Shown here: positions 49,840 through 61,671 of the stretch, in pieces
Layout of the letters: every line of letters begins with the position of its first letter
Position numbering within the stretch: the stretch's first letter is position 1
DNA from: Klebsormidium nitens
Lineage: Eukaryota; Plantae; Klebsormidiophyceae
Assembly: GCA_000708835.1 (NCBI GenBank)
Contig: DF237478.1
Coordinates: 1-62,748 of the forward strand
Length of the DNA: 62,748 nt
Direction: 5' to 3'
Notes under the pieces: model-generated
Database searches by the model: none
Told to the model about the DNA's origin: nothing
The model's input: the letters and a program-made list of their open reading frames with translations, nothing else
Made by a program: the position numbers and the translations under genes

Positions 49840-52800
49840 CTAAAGGGCATGCTCTCCAATGGTCCGAGCCGCCAGCTTGTGTTGTGTGGCATAGTTGTAC
49901 CCTTTTGCGCCATCCTTGACGTCCATCTCGGGGGGATCATTCAGGAAGGCCCAATTGGATCTTCTCCACCTAACAGAATCCACCAACAAAATAAGTCAAG
50001 TGCAAACCTTATCCTGAGCATCAGCTCAAATCTAAATGAGCTCCCTACTAGATGGCCAACGACTTGTTGATTAATCTAAAAGCTAGAGGAGAGAGTTGCA
50101 TGGTTTTATGTCTCTCAGATTGGTACGCCGTCATGATCCGCATCTAGTCAAAGCATCCAACCAACAGGTGGAGAACACAACCTTTGTCCAAAATCGTTAC
50201 AGATGGAATCAAATGGATGCTTGCAATGGTGCAGGAAGTCAAACTCACCATGCTTTTCGGGCAATTGTAACCTCCTGATTCTCATCGCTGTCAAGAACCC
50301 CTCCATCCAGGATACTGCGTGGTGAATCACTCTGCCGCGGACTCATAGTCTGCACAGCAATAGCTCTCATGGTTGTCATACTTGTCAGTACAAACACGAC
50401 AAGTCTGACTTGGTAGCTTGAGACCAAGCTGTGACCAGATTGAGGGAATCCGAGAAGAAGATCCTGCTAGGTCAGTGTGATCTGTGTTCATCGTCTGATA
50501 CTGTGCAAAAATACGTATGAAACATCACTCGGTTGTAGTCATAATGACAATCTATCTTAAATCCGCGCAACTGGATCCAGTTCAATACAATCTGTCAGTG
50601 AAAGCCTGAGACCCTGAACTACCTAGAAATGCAAATCATCCGCTAGCAGGTTAGCCCTGCTTCCAAATTGAAGATGTGGGCCTGCTTTCAGAAACCCGAT
50701 CAGTATAAAGACGTTGATGAGGTCGGAGTTCCGCAAACCACTGTTACAGACTATCAAAAACTGAATAAGCGAGGCCTTTGGTTGTCCATCCCACTCTCTG
50801 GATGTCACAGGCATTCAAGACTGTGTGAAGATGAAGCACGGCTTTGGTAGGTTTCCAGGGTGCTTCAAAGTCTCACAGCTTACCCGGTATGTCTTCCTAT
50901 CCTATTCAACTCCTGGTCCCTCTCTTGTAGCTTCACTACAGAGTTGAGATTTCTTTGCAGGTCATAGACTCTGTTTGATTACCCCGTTCGATTCCCCGTT
51001 TGATTCCCAGTCACCAATGAGAAACTATGTATATCCATACCTGGCTCCTCCGCATTGCCTCTTGCGCGTCCTGCTCTGCACTCTGCCCTTCCAGGGACTT
51101 ACGATGCAGCTCGCGATGGAAGGCATCAATCTCCTGCCGGGTGGCTGACATGCTCCGCCGGTACGCTGCACGCATGGGGAAGGAACCGGGCATGAGAGTC
51201 AAGAAAGATGAAGCCCCCTGTTGCTAAGACAACTTGTGTTCTCTTAGCATCAGCTCTGTGATTGAGGAAGGAGCACAACGACTGGAATGTTACTGCAATA
51301 TACTGGTGTCCATCGCCCCTACATCATAAGATGGGGGGATTTAACGAGATGTCCCCTTGCAGCCGTCCAGAATTCTGCAGAAAGGAAGAGTTTTGCAAGT
51401 CTCGAACAGACAATTGGGTCAAGCACCCTTTTGGAAACTGTACGCCCACAGTCCATACCATCTTCCATGTCAAAAGCTGTTGTACTCGCTCTCAACTTAC
51501 AAGAGTATATCCCCTGGTGCGCCAAAGCCTGGCCATGTACGACAGAACTGACAAAATGCCCAGCTGCAACCAACCAGACTGTCCTAGCCAGCTTCACCTC
51601 CAGTATAGTTTCCCAGCTGAGTGCTCAGGCCCTCTAGGATAACCAGATTGGGATAGGTCGTGTGGAGTCCAGACCTTCAAGAGGAACTATAGACTGCACT
51701 AGTCCCACTAACTATCCAGGCGCCGACAGCTTGCAACGGCATACCACCAACATCGTAGCGATGCGATGGCCCACTCCTGCTCCATCAAACGCCTCAGCAC
51801 AACCACCACTCAAAGCATCGCATGAACACAACCACCACTGCTGGTATCACCAAACCTTGCTGCAATAGCACCTCAGGTCATGAGACCGAGGGCAGACTTT
51901 GCAGACCGCACATGTTGCAGCTCCCATCAAGAGAACTGGTTTTCATCAAAAGTTAATTATAACGTGTGAGACCTTTCAAGGGAAATAATTCCTAACCCTG
52001 GAGCAACAACTTGAGAATGTTGGAAGCTCAAAGTTTTAAGCAGGATCCACAATCTCACTGGGGGAAGAGCTGCTGCCGGTGAAGGTCTCAGCCCAGCCCG
52101 GCCCAGGAAGAGAACCCATGACGCTGGTCGATCAAGACGTCGCCACCCGCAATGCTGGTCAAATGCTGCTTGTTGCAATGGAGTCAGCTGGGGCCAGCTT
52201 TGCTAGACAAAAGCTGCTGAGTCCTCACATGTGTAGCTTAATTTGCGCTCCCCTCACATCTGAAAGAGAGAAGCAATTGAAGCAATGGATGCTGGCGTCC
52301 CACAGGCGGCCTTTGATTGATGAAGCCGAAGAATCGCCCGCATTGCGCATTCAAAATTAGGGTTTCAACTTTGCGATCAGCTTTCTGGATAACTTTTGAA
52401 ATCCTCTGCAGTTTGCTTCTCTCTTTCCTGTACTTTTCCTCATAAACAAGATCTGGAGGGTCGGAAGTCCTCATCGACGGCGCCGATGAGCAATGTCCAT
52501 GTCAGCTAAAGTGCATGAAGAGGACTCTGCTTTTCAAGATTCTAGAATCTCGGACGTCCGAGCAGACGAGAACGCAGGCTCCGAGTCCTTGGCCGTCCGG
52601 TCTTCTCCGACTCGGGCTCCAGTGTCCAGCTCTGTCCGCAGTGCCAGCAGCAGAGCTAGCCAAGTTCCTTCAGGCTTCAAGTTCAGGCTTCAAAGTTCAA
52701 CTAGGTGGTCGACAGACTTGAGTTCTTGTCCCATTTCCACAAAAGCGGCACAATGGCGGCGGCAAGCGTGTCCTCCCGCATGTGCGTGGGCAGCATTCCG

Positions 52801-52982
52801 TGCCAGACTAGCTTCAATGCGAGCATTCGTGCCAGCAGTGCCCCCTGCTCATCCTTGCCCATCCCTGTGTGTGGAAGGAAGCAACGTGTCCAGAGTCTAA
52901 GCTCTGCTAAGTTGCTCGCTGGCAAAGCAATCACCTTTTCGAGTGCCAGGCCAGTGGCCAGTGGAGGGGGGCGCACCAGCAT
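49840..52982 (-). CDS. Uncharacterised multi-exon gene or decaying gene with coiled-coil segments
   Basis: Splice-bounded exons at 51041-51165 (AYRRSMSATRQEIDAFHRELHRKSLE), 50249-50349 and 49840-49969; the last two join in phase to ...EVTIARKAWWRRSNWAFLNDPPEMD..YNYATQHKL-stop. Upstream ORF blocks at 52238-52474 and 52701-52982. A full model could not be closed. Confidence 0.4.
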
Positions 52983-53899
52983 CAGGGCCGCCCTTTCTTC
53001 TGCTGAGTAAGCTTTGTCGCTATTTGTCTTCCTCTCCCGTTAATTGTCTGTCTCCATCAAACCTTGCCAGATAAATGCTCTCCTGTCATACATTGCGCCT
53101 CTTTGTTCCCGTACTTTCTGCTCTGATTCACGTATCACTTCTGCGCGGAAGCTAGGAACCGTCATGTCAATATCTTTGCACTTATTGACCGGCAGCAACA
53201 TTTATAGAAGTCATGCACAAAATGTGGGCGCACTAAAGAGCCGTCCTCAAGATCTGTGCAAGGTTATTTCTGGAGCATTCATGCTCCATTGACCATCAGG
53301 TTCCGTTTGCAATGTGCGAGGAGGCACTCAGCACGTGCAGATCCTGCACGCTGGTCTCTCACACTCTAGTGAAGTCTGTGTAAACCAGGTTCCTCTTACG
53401 TTACTGATTAATCAAGCAAGCCTGCAGCAATGGAAATGTTCAGTGTTTGTTACTTTATCCAGCTTGATCCACCACTTTTTCGCATCCTGCTCACCTCTCA
53501 GTGCGGATCCTGATCATGACCTGCACAGCATAGCAGATATGTTTCCGGTCAAGGGACTGAACGGACGTCATTCTTAATCGTATCCTTGGAGAAGCTGCAC
53601 AGAGGTTGCCTGATGACGCAGGCCTCATTCCAACCGTAGTCTGCGCGTTAGGTCCTGCAAGTGGCTCTTCAGTGCTGACCAGCTTTGGATGTCTTGGACA
53701 CTCACATCGCCAATCAGCAGTGAGCCACCGGTGGTGAAGTACGTCGTTTTACGGTTTCGTCAGTGCCGCCTTCCGTCTCACAGGACCCAATCGATCTGAC
53801 ATTCCTGCCAGTAGTGCAGACTGATCAAATCCCCTTTGACAGACGCATACCTGCCGCAGACGCCGGGAGTGCGCTCACACATCCTTTGCACTTCCTCAG

Positions 53900-56800
53900 G
53901 GCCGGCATTGCAACCTCCGACGTTGCTGGGCTGAGCAGCAAGTATGGCATTCCAGGTTCCGTGTCAATTGAGAAGGGCGAGGGCGGCAGCACCAAGGTGG
54001 TGCTCAAGCATGAGTCGGGCGCAGAGGCGGACGTGTACCTCTTTGGGGCCGTGGTCACTGCGTGGCGCCAGCCAGAGTGAGCCCCCAGCCGGAGAGAGCT
54101 CGATAAGGAGAACGTAGCTTGAAAGAGGGCTGTGGCAGAGGTGGACGTCTTCTAAAGATGTTGGGAGGATGCACTGGTCTGGCTAGGTGTGACCGGCAAG
54201 CATGATCAGGACTGGAACACTCGTAAAAAAGTACAGAGCAAAAGGATATGTGCATGCTTGTTTTGGATCCAGGGGCCGCCACTCACGAGGCTATCAACGT
54301 CACACTTCAGGGCAAGGCAATGAGCTCTCCATAGGCTCGATATAGTTGCGGCATGAAATCTCGTTCTTGAAGTGACCCCTCTCGGAGAGCCCCGATCGAA
54401 GGAATCTTCTCTTCTTTGCAGCGGCAAGGACTTCCTCTATGTCAGGCCCGACGCAAAGTTCGACGGGTCCAAGCCCATCAGGTGAAGTACGCTTCGTGCA
54501 AGCATATCCTCTATCGGTAGCAGCAGCGTAGGTCCTTCGTCCCACATTTTGAGCCAGGGAAAGACATGTGCCTGTCAGGGATTGCGCAAACGGCATGCCG
54601 GTTGGCGTATCCACATCGCAGACGTCAATAGTAATGCATGCCCGGTCAGTAGATTCGAACATTTGCAGAGTCACATTTTTAGTAGGTGGCACAGCTGCCG
54701 GACTTTCAAAGACTGACCAAAAGGTACCATAAATCACAGCCACGAAAGACTGTGGGTGTGGTAAAACATGAGGCTTCGCAATATAAGGAAATCCCCCTCT
54801 TCGGAGTTTTATACAGCAGATTAGGCATGCCTGAAGTTTTGCTACTGTGGTTTGGCACACCTATATCGAATGTGACATTCTTCTCTCCTTACTTCTTCGC
54901 TGGGCACGTGCCAAGTTCGTTGACAGCCCTCTGCCCTCTTCTCTGCAGTGGCGGCATCCCGCACTGCTTCCCGCAGTTTGGCCCTGGAGAAATGCAGCAG
55001 GTGGGTCTGTCTTCCAGTCCCTCGCCAAAGAGCGACTTGGTGGATTCGTAGCTGCCTTCTGCTTATATGCGCCACATTGGCATCGTTTCAGTTTACCTGG
55101 CTGCCTGTCGTGCAGCCGACCTTGGGATGTTTTGCTTTGAATCGCTCACAATGTCTCCTTCTCCACTTAGAGTCCTCAAAGGTCTGCCAGTGCCCGTTTG
55201 TCGCGTCTACCTTGCACTTCACGCATATCCCTCTGGTATCTGTGACACTCAAGCACTTCCACGTTCAGTGCATTGCTGGCACGTTTTCTGAGCCGACCAC
55301 GAGAAGCCCGTGTCCCTCTCTCCTGCAGCACGGCTTTGCTCGCAACCTGGACTGGGCCATTGTGTCAACGTCTGCTGACGCCAACCCCGACGACCCCGAG
55401 CCGATGCTGGAGCTGCTGCTGACCGACAACGAGTACACGCGCAAAATGTGGCCCTACGAATTCGCTGCGGTCTATCAGGTGCGCCTATCGATTGCAGTTC
55501 CAATGATGTTATGCCCCAGTGTGCAGAGGACGCTTCTCTTGGGCTATGCAGTGCTGTCGTGACCTGCTGTAGGACCCCAGCCGATTCCGAGCAGCTGGCC
55601 TCTGGCTCTCAAGAAGCGCCCAGAGACGTTGTCGTAGTCCTGTTGCAATTCGTGGGGATCGTGCCTATACCGACCCTTCCAAACCTGATTTCCGAGCAAA
55701 CGGTTCTTGCATTTGTAAGCCGCCCAGCTTTAGACGCTCCGCTGCCCGCGCCTAGTTGCGAGAGCTCTCTGTGACACTCCTCCGGCGCCTTTGGCTCAGG
55801 TAACGCTCAAAGCCGAGGCCCTGGTGGCATCTCTGCGCATCATCAACCTGGACACCCAGCCCTTCGACTTCACCGCCGCTCTGCACACCTACTTCCGGGT
55901 AAGCAGCCCGCAGGGGCCCCCAGTGCCCCCCCACAACCGGCCTATATCAAGCCTCAAACTGTGGGCTGAAATTGGAAGGAAGCCCTGGCAGGGGCCTCGC
56001 TGAGCAGAGGTCCAATCTAAAATTGCGAGCCTTATGGACACCGAGACTACACCGTCCACAATAGGGAGAGTTTTGTATATCCCCTGGGTTCGGGAGTGGT
56101 TGTTGGTGTTCTCTTCTGTGTAGATGCTGTATCATACTAGGGACTGCTTGTTCAGGAGGCCGTGTGTGGAAGAGTGCGCTGGAGCGGCCTTGGTCAGCAG
56201 TGCGAAAGTTGACAGAGTGCCAAGGCGGTTTATTCGTCATCTCCAGACTGTTAGCCGCTTCCGCTTCCCTTAGTTCGCATCCGCGTTCACTGGGAGTTAT
56301 CTAGGCCAATTAACAAGCCTATCTAATCCGAGGACTACCAGCTGTCAATCCGCGGAGAAGATGCTGGAAAAGAGTTGGCGCAGTGCGGGTTCGCGTGAGA
56401 GCTGCCTGTCGAGACCAACTTTGACACTAGTTAACCGGGTCTATTCTCTTGGAAGTGGGCATCCTTGAGCTTCTCTTGGACATTCGGCACCTTTCTCTTC
56501 TTTCGATGCAATTGCGCTTGTAAGCTTCAATGTGCCTTTTTATGACAAGGCTGGTGCACGGCCTCGGTCTCGTCGTTGGCACTTTGTGATCCTTACAGAG
56601 TGATCATCGTGTAAGTGACGGAATCATTGGGTGCAAACTCCTGAGGGTGCCACGAAGTGGTAACTTCTGCGTAAGCTGAACCCTGGCCATGGTCTCAGCG
56701 GTAAATTTCAAAACCTGTTTCGGACCTGAAGTCGACCCCGGCAGTCAAACCTTGAACAGTGACCATCGTCTGCTCCACCTTGTGCAGGCCGCCATTGACA

Positions 56801-58090
56801 AGGTGAAAGTGTCCGGCTTGAAAGGCCTGCAGAGCCTCAACAAGGACCCCGACCCGAATAACCCCATCGAAAGCAAAGAGACCAGGTGAGCGCGCGCTAT
56901 GCTGGGCTCCTGGCGAGAGGTGCCGAATAGTATTTGGAGATTTTTGACTCCTTCTAGTTTGTTGCAACTAGCACTTCTGTCGGCAGGGCGGAACGGTTGC
57001 GCCAAGAAAGTGCGACAGCAGAGCTGGCAGGTTGGCGGGTGCAGATCGAGGGTTGGCGGAGTGGCAGATCAAGGGTGGCCGGGTTCAAGCTCCGTCTGAA
57101 GGCATCAAGACTGGATTTGTACCGCGCAGCGAGGACCGTCGTGTTTGCCCTCCAGCTAGCCAGTTTTGCAAAGGTGCACCCATTGACCGCTCTTCATAGG
57201 CGGTGAAAGTTGTGTATCCAAAGGCTCGAGCTGCCGCTGTTTCAAGCATCTGCTTCCCCGCATACCCTGACGCCGTCGTTCCGGCCCGCGCAGGGACGAG
57301 GTGACGTTCCCCGGCTTCGTAGACGTCATGTACAAGGACGCCCCCGAGGAGCTCATCCTGGACTCCGGCCTCGGCTACTCCATTGCGCTACAAAGCACCG
57401 GGTGAGCGCCGGGCATCCAACACGGAAGACCTTGGCGCGAGCGGCAACGGCCTTGCTTTGGGCTGACAGTTTCCTAAAGCGACTAACATCGCGTCTTTGG
57501 CACAGGACAAAAGTGGACCTTTGTGAGGACCTTTCTGACAGCAGTGTCCAAAGCACTATGCGTTTGGGCGTCACCGCGGTGCATGTGGGCTTCGTTATCG
57601 CCAAGATGTGCCGTTTGAGAGTGTCGGCATCGGCCTTCTGTGTGCAGGTGGAAGGACGCGGTCACATGGAGCCCGTACAAGACCATGGAGTCCTGCTACA
57701 AGGAATTCGTCTGCGTGGAGAATGCACAGGTAAGAACGACTCTACTCGATGCGCGACAGCTTCCTGCTTGTGTCCAAGCACCGGTCTCCAATCGACGACA
57801 TTTTAGACGCCTTCCTGTCGAACCTTACAATTATCATCACCTGCGTGCACGATGATTACCCTTACTGTTTCTGCACTGCTTGAAGGCAGAGTTTGAAGGC
57901 TTAAGTTCGTGGCTGTCTGAGTCTTTGTGGATGAGAAACGTGAATGCCAAACGGGACGATCAGGGGAAGCGGTATGTGAGAGGACCAAGAGATCCGCATT
58001 GAATCTGCTCCTTTTGCTGCGCAGCTGGACCCGGTGGTGGTGGAGCCGGGCAAGTCGTGGAAGGCGGAGCTCAGGCTGCAACCACACTAA
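53900..58090 (+). CDS. Aldose 1-epimerase family / glucose-6-phosphate 1-epimerase (probably plastid-targeted); 5' exon unresolved
   Basis: Exons give VYLFGAVVTAW, KFDGSKPISGGIPHCFPQFGPG..QQHGFARN, FDFTAALHTYF, DAVTWSPY..FVCVENAQ and VVVEPGKSWKAEL; catalytic His/His/Glu motifs of the family are present. Confidence 0.92.
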
Positions 58091-60252
58091 CGGCCGGCAG
58101 GCCGGACAAAATCTCTTTTTGTTTAGACACCAAACGAGCATTCTTTTGGAAAAAGATTCAGTTGCCCCTTGTACGGCAAAAGCTGGCCGGAAAAGGTCAA
58201 TGCGAGAGTAGGCGCGCTCGGTCATAACTTTAAGACGTGTTGCTAGAGAGTCGGGCACATGGCTCAAAACTTTCGGTTGGTGGCAGTCCCCAACGTTGCT
58301 AGCTTACGAGCCCTGACTTGCGAGGCCGGGCTTTGACGAAGTCTTCGGGTGCTTACTGAAGCCGCATGAATTCTTGTACTGTCTAAACGAAACTCTATCA
58401 GCCGGCATGGCCCGTTTCGCACGGTGCTCATGCCACCATCGCTGCATGCTACAAGTTCAAAGTAGGACTCAACTTCGAAAGGACATCGCGGTGTGATCAC
58501 GCTGTCCGTGTTTATGAATATTTTGGCATGAAACAGATGGGTCATGCAATGTGACGTTTGTATACGAGCTCTGCTGTTTCCTTCGCATGTTGCTCGCCTC
58601 ACAAAGACGTGGCATACACAGACTTAATGTGCATGCCACCGATCGACCGATCGAGTGTGGCCCTCAGATTTGAGAGCGGCATTGAGCTTCCCGCAGCTTC
58701 TTTCTCCTGCATTCGACATCACGATCGATCCTGTATGAATCTGCAGAGTCCTGCGCGGCTTTAATAAGCTGTGAATAGGATACTCCAATTGACGTCCGGC
58801 CGAGCCTGACAAATTGGACTCGATCATATACTTTACACAGCTACTACCTAGATCAGACAAGGAAATTCACTGGCTGCAATCAAGTTCGATCGCTCGGATC
58901 TGTTAAACTCCTTTAAGATTTTAAGAATGATGTGAGATCATTGATTGACAATGCGAGCCGGATCCCGGCCTAATTGTGGGCGGGATTGACCCTATGCGAA
59001 GTTCGTACTCCAGATGAGTCACCAGAGCTTCGCTAGTGCTGGCACGTACATATACCCGTCCACAACCAGCCCACGGGCAAAGCGCACAGTCGCGCTAGAA
59101 CCGTAGGATGCCAAGATGGCCGCCGTCGGCGAATTTGGGGCGTTGAATGAATTAATTCGGCAAAGATCTGATAAATGATAGGCCGAAATCGAGGAGGAAG
59201 AAGGTCATTGTCCAGCGCCTCTCTTTGGAGGAGCTATTTTGAATTTGAATTCTATGGCGGCAGGCGCCTAGCGGCTTAAAACCAGCCGCTGATCTTCGCT
59301 ACAGCGAAGGGTGACCATTAGATCTGCAAGGTCGCCGACTGTGGGCCATCGATATGGATTGCGCAGGGTCCCGGGTGGCTCCTGAAATGGTCAAAGGCTG
59401 GTAGGGTGCATGGCACAGGTCAAAGACCTGCAGCATCAGATTGGTGTGGTCCACCAGCACTCAAATTTGCCTCCAAGTTTTGCGTTGCGCCATGCATACT
59501 TGACAATACGACCGAGGTCTCCACCGGAGCTTTTGTCCAGACTCCAAGGGTTGTGGCCTCTACACAGGACCTAAGGTGAGTGAAACATGCAGACAATGCA
59601 TGTTTTTGGTATAAGCCTTACAGCCTGGCAGAACACATCGTCCCATGCTTTGTTGTCATTGTCATATCAATTGTTGGTGCATGGGCACAAGCTTCTGGAT
59701 GTCCTGTCTACGTCAGTTTCCTTGCCGAGTCAGTTTCCTTTGAGGTGTCAGCGCAAAGAACTAGAGATTAGATGCATGTCAGAGGCAGGTAAGGGTAGGG
59801 TTGACATGCTCATTTGTTTCTGTGGCAGAGTTTGGCTCCTGTGCTTGCTGCTCCTCTTGTGCTGGTTGGCTGCTGATGTTGCTTGTGGATTTGATGCTGC
59901 TTGTTGCACTTGGGTCACAGCTTGCGTGTGATGTTTGTGAAGCCGCGTGTTCTGGTTTTTGCGAGAAGAAGCATGGTGCTACTTATTTCATCTACTCTAA
60001 GGTCTGGCTGCTGATCTTTTCAATACTGCAGTCTCCTAGACATATGCTTCTGGATTGTGGTTGACAGTCTGAAAGGAAAGCTGTCCAGATGGGCAACGGA
60101 GTCTGGTTGGTCAAAGAGGCATTCAGCACGGCGAGCTACTCCTCCAGTGACAAGTGCGCCAAGCGGTGCTTTCTGATTGATTCAGGATTGATAATCTTAC
60201 TGATTTTGTGTTCTCTCGCCTGCAGGTATCCTCAATTGCATTCTCTGTCAGC

Positions 60253-61383
60253 ATGGCAGGCGGCTTGGGGAGGCGCAGGAGAAAAGAGCCAAGCTTTGCT
60301 GATGACCATCAGCGTCGCCCTAAGAAAACCAAGGTTGAGCTAAAAGAGCTTGCTGACAGGCGTTTGGGACTGGTTCTCACAGAGCTTCATGGCAGAGCCT
60401 TTGCCTTTTGTCCAGTGGATGGGAAGAAGCTTGTGGGAGCCTCAAAAAAGTGTCCCCAGTGTCAAGTGAAATACTTGAACTCTTATCTCTCACAAGCAGG
60501 GCCCAGCAAGTTTGCCTGTTTGTACGACGCTCGGGACATAGCTTCCTTCTGGAGAAGAAAGATCTTTTGGCGTCTGGGGGGCACCAATCATTCTGGTGTG
60601 CTGTGGACCACACAGCCTTTTGTGCCTCTGCCTGCTTTTGAGGCCATCTTTTCGGAGGATTGGGAGCAGGCTGCAGTGAAGACAGCCACTGTAGAGACAC
60701 ATGTCAGAATTTTGGAAACAACAAGAGGGGTCGTTGAGTTCTGTGCATTCAATCTTGTTAACGAGAAGCGAGGCAATGCCTGCTGCAAGCTGCTGCCTAC
60801 AGGTGAGGTTTTGGTGGTCGTGCCTCCAGTTGAGGTCACCCATACATATAGCATTGAAGCCTCGGGGGCAAGAGTTCACTTTGTCTACGGCTGGGTGAAG
60901 ATGACAGTTGCTGGAGTGATCAGCAGAGCAGAAGACATGTTAGAGCCGGCACAGGGGTGGGATCACGTAGAGAAGTGGATTAGAGACAGCGTGTTGGACA
61001 TGCAGGATCTGGAGATGGGAGTGTCACCAGAAATGGTTGAGGCTTCAAAGGCTATTCTCAGGTCTGAGTATGAAAGTGACGAGGCTGCTCGGCATGCACG
61101 GTCTGAGCGAGGTATGAGGGACGAGCACATTGTCATGCCGCGGCCGGAGCCAAGGCCGCAGGAAGAGAGGAGGCGCAGACAAGCAGCTGAAATGCATGCG
61201 GGGGGCTTGGAAGATGGTTGGCATAATCTGCCAACAGATGAAGGTGAGGGGGCTACTTGGAGCACGTACGACATTCTGTCTTTGCATGGCAATGAATTGC
61301 GTCTCCTGCATTCTGCATTGCATTGTGCCAATCTATCCGAGCCAGAAGTGCGTGCGGACCAAGAATGCAAGTACGATACATAG
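60253..61383 (+). CDS. Orphan 376-aa protein with basic NLS-like start and CPxD-x(11)-CPxC zinc-ribbon-like motif
   Basis: Uninterrupted ORF; ATG 28 nt after a strong acceptor at 60225, with a matching upstream donor GTGAGT at 59576 (5' UTR intron). GRRRRK..RRPKK, FCPVDGKKLVGASKKCPQC. No family recognised. Confidence 0.6.
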   Translation: MAGGLGRRRRKEPSFADDHQRRPKKTKVELKELADRRLGLVLTELHGRAFAFCPVDGKKLVGASKKCPQCQVKYLNSYLSQAGPSKFACLYDARDIASFWRRKIFWRLGGTNHSGVLWTTQPFVPLPAFEAIFSEDWEQAAVKTATVETHVRILETTRGVVEFCAFNLVNEKRGNACCKLLPTGEVLVVVPPVEVTHTYSIEASGARVHFVYGWVKMTVAGVISRAEDMLEPAQGWDHVEKWIRDSVLDMQDLEMGVSPEMVEASKAILRSEYESDEAARHARSERGMRDEHIVMPRPEPRPQEERRRRQAAEMHAGGLEDGWHNLPTDEGEGATWSTYDILSLHGNELRLLHSALHCANLSEPEVRADQECKYDT

Positions 61384-61671
61384 CTTCCACTTGCTTGTCC
61401 CCCCCTTCAGTGCACGCCCCAGAACGCGCACGTGCGGACATTCTGCACTCGTCATTAGGGGGTTTGTACTGACGGGGGGGCTGGCTGACAACCGATATGC
61501 CGACAATTGACAACATACAGCACTCTTGGCGCATGGCACTGTGGCGCGTGCATTCAGAAAGTGGATTACAATGCCACTTTCTACTCTCGTACAATTGTTT
61601 TTTGTCTCTTGTTCTCAGCTATTGTTGCTTCTCGTTTCCGAGTTGCTTCATAAAACTAACTTTTTTCCAAA

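Noticed and set aside
50700-50760. FLIVCNSGLRNSDLINV resembling a tyrosine-recombinase R-box
   Set aside because: Isolated short match with no HxxR or Tyr box nearby and a stop about 35 codons later; no DIRS/Crypton structure seen.
58420-58426. CACGGTG heptamer as a possible Transib/RSS-like left terminus
   Set aside because: A 7-mer is expected by chance in a window this size, there is no nonamer at 12 or 23 bp, and the other end is outside the window. Worth rechecking only when the right flank is available.
60253-61383. Calling the orphan ORF RAG2
   Set aside because: No kelch GG repeats or PHD finger visible; only the gene orientation is RAG-like.
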